Assembly (NCBI GenBank): GCA_003345595.1
Contig: PRDI01000003.1
Span: forward strand, 1-17,482
Reading direction: 5' to 3'
Origin: Candidatus Thorarchaeota archaeon
GTDB taxonomy: Archaea > Asgardarchaeota > Thorarchaeia > Thorarchaeales > Thorarchaeaceae
DNA length: 17,482 nt
Every line of letters begins with the position of its first letter. Within the stretch, counting starts at the first letter, position 1. The position numbers were made by a program, and so were the translations under genes. Below the pieces are notes generated by a model, which saw nothing but the letters and a program-made list of their open reading frames with translations, did no database searches and was not told the DNA's origin. Below, in pieces: positions 1 to 7,530 of this stretch.

Positions 1-2
1 TC

Positions 3-1625
3 CTCGCAGTCAAGACCGGTACCGGCCCTGCCCCAAGACAAGCGATTCTTGTGACTGGAATAATCGATAGCGATGCGACCCCAGGCGCCAACGACGCAGG
101 CTCGACTGTGGCTGCCGTGCTCGAGATCGCGAGAATCATCGATGAATATCCTCTGGTGTGCGATGTCTACTATGTCCTGATCAACAGAGGAACAAACGAC
201 ACCGTGGTTGATCTCGGCAGCAGGGCCTTCGTCTCATGGCTTGTTGCAGACGGGGTGGAAACTGTCACAGCCCTCTCCTTCGAGCGCTTCCTGTTTGAAA
301 ACGTCAACTACCTGTACGGCACTAGGTTCTCTCTGAGGACCTACGCGGGCAGCTCTGTCTATCAACGGACCACATGGATGCCTGACATCATGGTGATGCT
401 GTCTTCCGCCTATGGCTCGGGAAGGGCCATGTTGACGACAGACTACTCAGTGGCAAAGAGATCATTGGCATATGAGATGTGGCAGGTAGGTAGATCTGCA
501 GTACATGTTTCACAAGGTTACTGGTCGGACCCATATGTTGGTACTCCGAACGACATCTGGAGCAATTCTCGGTATAGCTATGACAAGGCTAGAGAGGTCG
601 TGGCGTGTGCTGTTTCAACCGTAGTGTACATCGGAAGCCTAGGTACAGGAGAAACAGCTACTTTCTACGGCAACGCAGCCTTGGCGCCTCAAGAGAGCAC
701 CTCCGCTCTGTTCATGTTGACATTCAATGGTTTTGTAAATGTTACAATTCAGTGGGATACGAACACAACCGTCAATGGAAGTCTGAGTACCGAAACAGCC
801 GAACAACTGTTGTACAGCAGGGCCAGTGGCAATCGCTTGATAATCATGAAGTATCTGTCCAAATCATTTGACGGAGTCCGGCTGAATGTTGAAAACGTCG
901 GAACAGACTCCACAACCTTGGTCTTCAGCGTCACTTTCCTGAATGACTGTGACGGAGACACACTGTCAGACCCCTTCGAGATAAGCATCAACACCAATCC
1001 CCTCTCGGCGGACTCTGACCGAGACGGGCTCTCGGACAGTCTCGAGCTTGGCACTGGAACAGACCCGACCTCGTCAGATTCCGACCATGATGGGGCATCC
1101 GACTCTGACGAATACACATGGGGCTCTAGTCCTCTGCTGAACGACACCGACTCTGATGGACTTCTCGATGGCACGGAAGTCGCCTTCGGCACCAATCCCA
1201 TCAAGCGAGACACGGATGCTGATGGGCTGGAAGACTGGCCCGAGATTTACAGCTATGGGACCAATCCGTCGTCTGCTGACACCGATTCAGATGGCCTTGA
1301 GGATGGCTTCGAGGTCTCTGCAGGCCTCAACCCGCTTTCGCCTGACTCGGACTCGGACGGCCTGAGCGATCTCTTTGAGATACTGAACCTCCTGAATCCC
1401 TTGAGCAAGGACACTGACGGTGATGGAATGAGCGACGCCTACGAGGTGGAGTTCTGTCTTGACCCCAGAAACCCCGATACAGACTTCGATGGCATTCCTG
1501 ACGGGATCGACTGGGATCCAAGAGAGCACTGGCTCTCCACGGTGGCACCTGCAGCGCTCATTACAGTAGTCTTGCTGCTTGCAGTCTTCTCCCTGCTGAA
1601 GTACAGAGTCTATGAGCGGCGATAG
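3..1625 (+). CDS. 5'-truncated membrane-anchored surface protein: degenerate M28 (Zn-exopeptidase)-like domain, beta-rich linker domain, 9 TSP3-like Ca-binding repeats and a C-terminal TM helix
   Basis: The frame is open from position 3 (LAVKTGTGPAPRQAILVTGIIDS...), so the true start lies upstream of the window. PGANDAGSTVAAVLEIAR matches the M28 GAxDxxSGxxxxLExAR motif. DxDxDGLxDxxE repeats occupy 945-1520. The C-terminus is hydrophobic (AALITVVLLLAVFSLL) followed by KYRVYERR. Confidence 0.8.
   Translation, partial: LAVKTGTGPAPRQAILVTGIIDSDATPGANDAGSTVAAVLEIARIIDEYPLVCDVYYVLINRGTNDTVVDLGSRAFVSWLVADGVETVTALSFERFLFENVNYLYGTRFSLRTYAGSSVYQRTTWMPDIMVMLSSAYGSGRAMLTTDYSVAKRSLAYEMWQVGRSAVHVSQGYWSDPYVGTPNDIWSNSRYSYDKAREVVACAVSTVVYIGSLGTGETATFYGNAALAPQESTSALFMLTFNGFVNVTIQWDTNTTVNGSLSTETAEQLLYSRASGNRLIIMKYLSKSFDGVRLNVENVGTDSTTLVFSVTFLNDCDGDTLSDPFEISINTNPLSADSDRDGLSDSLELGTGTDPTSSDSDHDGASDSDEYTWGSSPLLNDTDSDGLLDGTEVAFGTNPIKRDTDADGLEDWPEIYSYGTNPSSADTDSDGLEDGFEVSAGLNPLSPDSDSDGLSDLFEILNLLNPLSKDTDGDGMSDAYEVEFCLDPRNPDTDFDGIPDGIDWDPREHWLSTVAPAALITVVLLLAVFSLLKYRVYERR
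945..1520 (+). repeat. Nine tandem ~22-aa bacterial/archaeal thrombospondin type-3-like (DxDxDG) calcium-binding repeats within the CDS
   Basis: Repeat cores: DCDGDTLSD, DSDRDGLSD, DSDHDGASD, DTDSDGLLD, DTDADGLED, DTDSDGLED, DSDSDGLSD, DTDGDGMSD, DTDFDGIPD. They are separated by E-x3/4-G(T/L)(N/D)P-type linkers. Confidence 0.85.
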
Positions 1626-1867
1626 TGTCAGCCACAGCGAGTCCATACTTAGGAGAGCCCGAAGCTGACAGGCCTGTAAGCAGTCTTCGCTCACCCTCGA
1701 TGGGACTGCGGTTCAGATACCCTAGAGACGTTCATCCTTCCTCAATCACATAGTGGAGTTTCATCATCACCGCACGCGTTGTCTGACAGCCGACGGATAT
1801 GAGTGTTATCTACAGGCCGCGAACAGAATCACAAGGCTCTTCTTGTCTTTGCGGACCCAGACAAGTG

Positions 1868-2713
1868 ATGAAGAACCTAAGCGTCAGCCATTTCGACCTA
1901 GCAGACACACTCGGATGCGGGCAGACCTTCTGCTGGACCAGAGAGGGAAGGGGCTATGTAAATGCAGACATCGGACAGGTCCTCTATGTTGAACAAGAGG
2001 GCAACACGTTGCTTTACGAAACTTCAGCTGGAGATGTGGACGTGGGGGCGCTGCTGGGCCTGGCAGACCCTGTAGACGAAATACAGAGGGCTGTAGCTAA
2101 GGACGACCTGATGAGTAGAAGCATAGGCTTTGCCCCGGGATTGCACATTGTACGAGACCCGTTCTTTCCATGTCTGATATCCTTCCTCTGCTCTATACGC
2201 AACAACATTCCCAACATCAATAGGATGGCGCAGAACATAAGAAACCGCTACGGACCTTCGTACAGATTCAGAGGACGTGAGGTCCACGGATTCCCAAATC
2301 CCGAGCAGATGTCAAAGGTCACAGCTGACAATCTGAGAGCCTTTGGTTTGGACTGGCGCTCGGAGTTCATCGTGAGATCGACAGCTTCGGTTCTGAACGG
2401 CGAAGTGGCCGAGCAAGCACTGAAGAAGATGGAGTATGGTGAAGCGCATGAAACTCTGAAGACCCTTTATGGCGTCGGGGACAAGGTCGCTGACTGCGTA
2501 TGTCTCTTCTCGCTCGGTTTTCTGGAGGCCTTTCCCATCGATGTCTGGATAGAACGCGTTATCGAACAACAGTATGGGTTATTCACAAAGACTGGCAAGT
2601 CATATGCAAAGAAGTCCGTTGCTGCTAGGGAGTATTTCGGCAGATACGCGGGATACGCTCAGGAGTACCTGTACTACTACACCCGTACCGGGGGCACGAA
2701 ACCCAAGAGATAG
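1868..2713 (+). CDS. ogg: 8-oxoguanine DNA glycosylase/AP lyase, OGG1 family (OGG_N + HhH-GPD)
   Basis: N-terminal FDLADTLGCGQTFCW; HhH motif LYGVGDKVADC carrying the catalytic Lys; FPIDVW carrying the catalytic Asp; C-terminal FGRYAGYAQEYLY. ATG 1868 is preferred over 1799 because family similarity begins there. Confidence 0.9.
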   Translation: MKNLSVSHFDLADTLGCGQTFCWTREGRGYVNADIGQVLYVEQEGNTLLYETSAGDVDVGALLGLADPVDEIQRAVAKDDLMSRSIGFAPGLHIVRDPFFPCLISFLCSIRNNIPNINRMAQNIRNRYGPSYRFRGREVHGFPNPEQMSKVTADNLRAFGLDWRSEFIVRSTASVLNGEVAEQALKKMEYGEAHETLKTLYGVGDKVADCVCLFSLGFLEAFPIDVWIERVIEQQYGLFTKTGKSYAKKSVAAREYFGRYAGYAQEYLYYYTRTGGTKPKR

Positions 2714-2716
2714 CGA

Positions 2717-3859
2717 CTAAGAGAGACTCTGTTTCTTCCTCTTCTTTGTTGCGTACCACGAGCGATTCTCAATCCCCTTCAGCATTTCCCATGCCCGGGT
2801 CTTGTAGAACGCAAGCGGGTGAATGATATACTCGCAGAGTGGATCGAATGTGACGCCCAAGTACACTGGACAGAGACCATTGCCCTGAATCTTCTTGCAG
2901 CCGGGAGGGGTGTACCCTTGGCCTCCTGACTTAGATGATATGTGTCGTATCTGGTACCTCGCAAGATCGGTAACGAAATCAGGCGAAGACCTGAAGACAC
3001 CTAGAACCTCGTCTTGGCTCATTCCAATCTTGAGCAGGAATGCGGCCAGAGTGAACCGGGCCTCGTGAGGAAGGTTCTTTCCTTGAATTGAGTCATCGTG
3101 CATCTGAGCGATGCAGGGAGGAAACGCTGACACGACTGTTTCAGTGATTTTCACTGGTTCGGTGACACGTGCCTTTCGACGGAACTCTGTTTCGACTCTC
3201 TGAACAGCCTCCGTCAGGCGGGCTGGCAGCGTTGGCACCTTGAGCGTGCTGTTCAGGATGAGCTGCTTATACTTCCCAGACATCAACCGCTTCAGCTCTA
3301 AGCTCTGGACTGGTATCCAACCAGCGTCCAAGAAGCGGTTGACGAGCTTCCAAGGTGGCTGATGAAACCCTGGTGCGACCTCAAGAAAGTTCTCGAACCT
3401 CATGCGAAAGTCGAAAGATCTGAGCCAGACAGGCAGTCGCGCCCTGTCAACCGGCTTTCCAGTGGACTCAATCTGCCATCCAAACGAAGACTGACAGAGG
3501 TGCATTACAACCTCGTCCTTCTCAGCGTCCAAGTGCTTGTTGACTGTCTTTGACTCGGCTTCGGCCTGATACTCCCTGAGGCGAGGGTCGCCAATTTTCT
3601 CGACAACCAAGCGCGATGTCGGAGAAATCAGGAAATCTCGGTCGTCATTGCTGTTGACCAGTTGAATCTCAGACTGGTCTATGGCTGCAATGATGCGACG
3701 CTCAGCCTCATCGACCACGGGTTCATACTGATCTGTATCGAGGAGGCCAATCAGGCTCCCGAGGTCCTTCGCCATGTTTTGTGTAACAGCTCTGGTTTCC
3801 GCTGAAAACGGGTACTGAAGCATCTGCATTCGTGTCAGTCTTACGGTCGTCACGTTCAC
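2717..3859 (-). CDS. priL: DNA primase large subunit (archaeal/eukaryotic type) with C-terminal Fe-S domain
   Basis: N-terminal YPF; FPPC...NLPHEARFTLAAFL...ARYQIRHI...YTPPGC...GLC...PLC...HPL gives four Fe-S Cys ligands. GTG start at 3859 has a TATA-like ATATAT about 30 nt upstream; ATG 3829 is an alternative start. Confidence 0.93.
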   Translation of the reverse strand: MNVTTVRLTRMQMLQYPFSAETRAVTQNMAKDLGSLIGLLDTDQYEPVVDEAERRIIAAIDQSEIQLVNSNDDRDFLISPTSRLVVEKIGDPRLREYQAEAESKTVNKHLDAEKDEVVMHLCQSSFGWQIESTGKPVDRARLPVWLRSFDFRMRFENFLEVAPGFHQPPWKLVNRFLDAGWIPVQSLELKRLMSGKYKQLILNSTLKVPTLPARLTEAVQRVETEFRRKARVTEPVKITETVVSAFPPCIAQMHDDSIQGKNLPHEARFTLAAFLLKIGMSQDEVLGVFRSSPDFVTDLARYQIRHISSKSGGQGYTPPGCKKIQGNGLCPVYLGVTFDPLCEYIIHPLAFYKTRAWEMLKGIENRSWYATKKRKKQSLS

Positions 3860-4083
3860 TGTTCAATGGAGTCCTGACAAAACTGAACATATATCCTCTG
3901 TCATTCTGGAAAAGGCACCGTGAATACGATTGACACATGCCATCTTTCTCAAGACAATAGACTGATTAGTGGGCAGCACTAATATCATGAGCTACGTGAA
4001 CCCCTGAGGGATTCGATAGCGGGAGCATCCTACAAAAGAGGCGTGGCGAAGCACAAACCTGCGTCAGATGGTGGTGACACAAC

Positions 4084-5202
4084 GTGAGGAAGAGAAGCAC
4101 CGTGTTCGTTCTGCTGGTGATCATAGTCACGCCTACGGTCATTGTTGGTGTCGTGCTACTTGACAATCCTAGGCCCAGCCCACCAAGAGTCGCTTTTGTC
4201 ATGCCAACGTTCAGCCACACCGCCTACAGTGCCGCATTCTACAATTTCTACCATCTACATATCGATGACAACCAGAGCTATATCACGACCGATTTGCAGT
4301 TCTTGAACGTAACTATCACGTCCGGCTGGAGCTGGAGTAGAGGGCTAGGCAAGTTTCTGAACCACACCAAAGACATCATGCCCCGGCTGTTTGGAGGCGA
4401 GCAGTGGACCATCATTGATGAGAGAGATGTCGCCATGGGTGCACTGTTTTCTGATAGTGGAGACCGAGTCTATGATGTCCTAGTATGTGGTTTCATCGAG
4501 TACGTGACCGCGCAGGAGTATGCAGACCTCAAGAAGTTCGTTGCCGTGGGCGGCACGCTCGTTCTCAATGACGCCTGCAACTTTCTGGCAGAAGTTGCTT
4601 ACTACCCGTCCACAAATGGCTCAGATTATCTTAGCCTAGTGAATGGCCATGGATGGGCGTTCAATGGCACGCATGCATGGCGGTCTGTGTATCACAGGTG
4701 GCCAGAAGAGAATCGGAACTGGGTAGGTAGCAATTACTGGAGATGGTGGGGTGGTATGCATTATGATGGCTTTGATGCAAACACTACACACCCGATAAGC
4801 CAGTTCATCTGCGACGAATATGGCACTCATGTGTCAGGGTCCTACTGGGGTCATGAGGAGAACAAGGTCGAGAACATGACCAACACTCGAATAATCGGCT
4901 ACTGGCGTTTCATTAACCGTTCCGAAGCACCTGCTGAGCCAGTCGTAGCCTACCAACATGACTATCTCAAAGGCACCGTGTTCCATAGCGGCATTATGGC
5001 AAGTGAAGCCCTGTGCAAAGATCGCTTTGTCATGTCGTTCCTGATTTGTGCGGTCCGAATTGGTCTTGGTCTGAATGCCTCTCATGAGATCCTGTATGAC
5101 GAAACATATCCGCTATCAGCGCTGTGTTTCCCCAATTTGTGTCTTGGGACCGGACAGCCGAAATCACTGAAGGCCAGATATGAGACCTACTCTTCGCTGT
5201 AA
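4084..5202 (+). CDS. Membrane-anchored protein with N,N-dimethylformamidase beta-subunit-like C-terminal domain (class I glutamine-amidotransferase-like fold)
   Basis: Basic-then-hydrophobic N-terminal anchor. Blocks PTFSHTAY, YDVLVCGFIEYVT.QEY.DLKKFV..GG.LV, FLAEV and WVGSNY resemble archaeal DMFase-beta-like proteins. Many NxS/T sequons. GGTGGTGA lies just upstream of GTG 4084. Confidence 0.6.
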   Translation: MRKRSTVFVLLVIIVTPTVIVGVVLLDNPRPSPPRVAFVMPTFSHTAYSAAFYNFYHLHIDDNQSYITTDLQFLNVTITSGWSWSRGLGKFLNHTKDIMPRLFGGEQWTIIDERDVAMGALFSDSGDRVYDVLVCGFIEYVTAQEYADLKKFVAVGGTLVLNDACNFLAEVAYYPSTNGSDYLSLVNGHGWAFNGTHAWRSVYHRWPEENRNWVGSNYWRWWGGMHYDGFDANTTHPISQFICDEYGTHVSGSYWGHEENKVENMTNTRIIGYWRFINRSEAPAEPVVAYQHDYLKGTVFHSGIMASEALCKDRFVMSFLICAVRIGLGLNASHEILYDETYPLSALCFPNLCLGTGQPKSLKARYETYSSL

Positions 5203-5399
5203 GTTGGCTGATAGTCGTCGAATCCGCGGTCGTAGAACTTCTTGCCGCATGAGGCACATGAGTACACCCGAATCCCCCTAGACAACGCCCATGAATCTAC
5301 GACCCGAGAAATGTTTGTGCTGCCACATCTGGGGCACTTCACATCGGAGTCATCGTCTGCCCAAGGTGATTTGCGATCGTCTTCAGACACGGTATTCAC
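5187..5399 (-). CDS. Small zinc-ribbon protein (CPxCG...CxxCG)
   Basis: KCPRCGSTNI...YSCASCGKKF with an acidic N-terminus. It starts 24 nt after the co-oriented methyltransferase, and its 3' end overlaps the convergent gene by 16 nt. Confidence 0.75.
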   Translation of the reverse strand: MNTVSEDDRKSPWADDDSDVKCPRCGSTNISRVVDSWALSRGIRVYSCASCGKKFYDRGFDDYQPTYSEE

Positions 5400-5423
5400 C
5401 CGACCTGTTTCTTCCTGTAGTAC

Positions 5424-6080
5424 CTACTCTTTGCCTTTTAGCCCTACGATTACGGCGCGTACGTCCATAACGGATGACTCAATTCGACTGAACCCCGCAT
5501 TAGCGAGCATTCTCTGCAAGTCGGATGTGCTGTGCCTGCACATGTGAGGGTATCTCCTTCTGGCCTCAACATCGCTCATGCCGCTCTTCTTCATGTGGTC
5601 GACGAATGCCTGCATGTTCCCAGAAACAAAGTCATAGACAGCATAGAAACCACGATCTGCAACTGATTCATAGACCTGTGTCACAAGACTAGCAGGATTG
5701 CGAATCTCATGTAGAAGGAAACCTGAGAAGGCCAAGTCGATACTCCTTGGTGTCAGTCCGAGCACGGACGAGTCAAAATCAACGGTCTTCAGAATGATGT
5801 CCTTCTCAGGGAGCCGGCCACGGAGAAGTTCGGATGCCTGCTTCAACATTTCCTCACTCGCGTCTAGGCCAATTACTCGCTTTGCCTTGTACTTCGACAT
5901 TGCATCAATCAGGAACAGACCAGGACCACAACCCAAATCCGCAATGGTGGTCCGGGTTTGACCTCCAGTCAACTTCTGCATGGCCATCCAGAAGATCGGA
6001 CCGTACCTCTGAGTGTAGGACGAAACGAGCCTCTTGACTTGCTCTGGATCGGACCAGTCGGCTCGACCCAAGTCGGACAT
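5424..6080 (-). CDS. Class I SAM-dependent methyltransferase
   Basis: Motif I IADLGCGPG; post-I VIGLDASEEML; SIDLAFSGFLLHE; end-of-fold AGFSRI. Confidence 0.9.
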   Translation of the reverse strand: MSDLGRADWSDPEQVKRLVSSYTQRYGPIFWMAMQKLTGGQTRTTIADLGCGPGLFLIDAMSKYKAKRVIGLDASEEMLKQASELLRGRLPEKDIILKTVDFDSSVLGLTPRSIDLAFSGFLLHEIRNPASLVTQVYESVADRGFYAVYDFVSGNMQAFVDHMKKSGMSDVEARRRYPHMCRHSTSDLQRMLANAGFSRIESSVMDVRAVIVGLKGKE

Positions 6081-6082
6081 CT

Positions 6083-6631
6083 CTAGCGACGTCCTAGGAT
6101 AAGGTCGGCCCGCAGGAGCAGCTCGATGAACTCACTCAGACTTTGACGAAGTATCTCCGGATCACTGTACAGCTTCCTCAGACCAGCCCTCCTTTCTTCG
6201 AGTGAGGGATTGGTCTTCTCATTGATTATCTTGTAGGCAGCGTTTGGCCGTTCAACCCACCGACACAGCTCCTCAAGGTCTGGGCTCAGAAACAGGACCA
6301 CAGGTGTCTTTCTCTTTCCATTGACTTTGTACTGCTGATGGAACTGGGCGCTACTATCGCTGTCAACTATCTTGAGCTGAACCTTCGGCGAGAGTGAAAC
6401 CATGCGTGCTAGGACAGGTAGGTTGCCAGCCGTGTCATTGCAGCGATCGGTCCCAATGACCAGTATCCTGATGTCATTCTGAATGCTCCTCAAGTTTTCC
6501 TCGTCTGCCTGGTTGATTAACAGGTCGTGAAAACGAGCTCTCATTAGCTCGACGTTCTCTCGTGCCGATTTCAGGAACGTTTCATAGTCGACTGCGTTTT
6601 CCCAGACTGTTTTGATGGGGTTATCAGGCAT
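6083..6631 (-). CDS. Thioredoxin-fold protein (Thioredoxin_9-like) with monothiol CxxT site
   Basis: ILVIGTDRCNDTAGNLPVL aligns with the family WCxDC...P motif. NGKRKTPVVLF contains the cis-Pro loop, followed by RWVERP. A GGAG RBS-like site lies upstream on the minus strand. Confidence 0.8.
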   Translation of the reverse strand: MPDNPIKTVWENAVDYETFLKSARENVELMRARFHDLLINQADEENLRSIQNDIRILVIGTDRCNDTAGNLPVLARMVSLSPKVQLKIVDSDSSAQFHQQYKVNGKRKTPVVLFLSPDLEELCRWVERPNAAYKIINEKTNPSLEERRAGLRKLYSDPEILRQSLSEFIELLLRADLILGRR

Positions 6632-6778
6632 GGCATCGCGCTCCTAGCAGAAAACGACCAGCCAAATGGTCAGAACCGAATTGAAGCGACCCGATAAAAG
6701 GATATCCCGAGGCAAACGCTAGTGAATTGAAGATGCAACCCAGAAGGCATTTTAGCACACTCCTTGCAACATCAGGCC

Positions 6779-7465
6779 ATGAGCCAAGACCCAGGCGTCA
6801 GAGTCAAGAGGGACATGGAAAAACAGGCTGACTTCAGAAAGGCTGAGATGATCTCCCGCTATGTGAAAGCATCCGGACTAAGATACCTAGGGCTCAACCT
6901 TCCTCAGATTCACAATGCTGTGCGCGAACACACTCGATCACTTCAGCCGGAGGAGTTGCCGGCAGTCATGGAGTACCTTTGGGAGCTGGGCGTGTATGAG
7001 GCAAGGCTAGCGGCGATAGATGTGATGAAGAGTTATGCTGCGAAAGGTGATATCAGGTCATCTCTATCCATCATATCGTCATGGATCGACGAAGTGAATA
7101 CATGGGCACTCATGGACCCCCTGGGCACTGCATGTGTGGGTACCCTGCTCGTTCGCGACCAGAGTCTAGAGAAAACACTCAGGGTTTGGGCCAAGAGCGA
7201 CAACTTCTGGCGCAGAAGAGCCAGCATACTCCCCTATCTTCACCTCTCGATAAAAGAGTTTCATAGAGCAGAGTACACTGGTCGCATACTGGCGGCGATG
7301 AAACCGCACTTGTCAGATAGAGAGTTCTTCGTAGGGAAGGCAGTCGGGTGGGTCTTGCGCGAACTGAGCAAGCGCGACCCTGATTCTGTGAAAAGGTTCA
7401 TCATCGAGAACAGGGACACAATGACGCCATTAGTTGCAAGGGAGAGCAGCAAGAAGCTGAAGTAG
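6779..7465 (+). CDS. DNA alkylation repair enzyme, AlkD-like HEAT-repeat DNA glycosylase
   Basis: YLGLNLP; YEARLAA; NTWALMD (W/D); WAKSDNFWRRRAS (R); DREFFVGKAVGWVLRELSKRDP (W). These correspond to the AlkD W109/D113/R148/W187 positions. ATG 6779 is preferred over TTG 6764. Confidence 0.88.
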   Translation: MSQDPGVRVKRDMEKQADFRKAEMISRYVKASGLRYLGLNLPQIHNAVREHTRSLQPEELPAVMEYLWELGVYEARLAAIDVMKSYAAKGDIRSSLSIISSWIDEVNTWALMDPLGTACVGTLLVRDQSLEKTLRVWAKSDNFWRRRASILPYLHLSIKEFHRAEYTGRILAAMKPHLSDREFFVGKAVGWVLRELSKRDPDSVKRFIIENRDTMTPLVARESSKKLK

Positions 7466-7512
7466 TCTAGAACTACGACCCCGCATGATGCATGGGTTTA
7501 TCCAAAGATGGC

Positions 7513-7518
7513 TTTTAA
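7513..7518 (+). promoter_or_regulatory. Putative archaeal TATA box for the DUF3795 gene
   Basis: TTTTAA preceded by a purine-rich BRE-like stretch (AAAGATGG), about 25 nt before in-frame ATG 7543. This fits a leaderless transcript. Confidence 0.4.
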
Positions 7519-7530
7519 CTTAGTAATCCA

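Noticed and set aside
945-1520. Periodic DNA similarity that might suggest a CRISPR array or DGR repeats
   Set aside because: The periodicity is about 66 nt, in frame and degenerate at third codon positions, so it is a protein repeat. No cas or reverse-transcriptase gene is present.
1626-1670. Hairpin as SECIS/PYLIS element or H/ACA RNA; more generally Sec/Pyl read-through of TGA/TAG stops
   Set aside because: Every CDS that ends in the window appears to finish at a complete domain boundary, and no in-frame TGA/TAG falls at a catalytic position (the Trx site uses a TGC Cys). The spacing from the ACA to the pocket is too short for H/ACA.
749-1694. Minus-strand ORFs 749-1213, 1287-1694 and 1327-1548
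   Set aside because: They are antisense shadows of the surface-protein gene and its Asp-rich TSP3 repeats (e.g. SESPS/SVS patterns in 749-1213), with no independent coding signal.
1799-1867. N-terminal extension of ogg from ATG 1799; similar extensions at 9114 (MBL) and 13966 (paralog 2)
   Set aside because: These are longest-ORF artefacts. Family similarity or the signal peptide begins at downstream ATGs.
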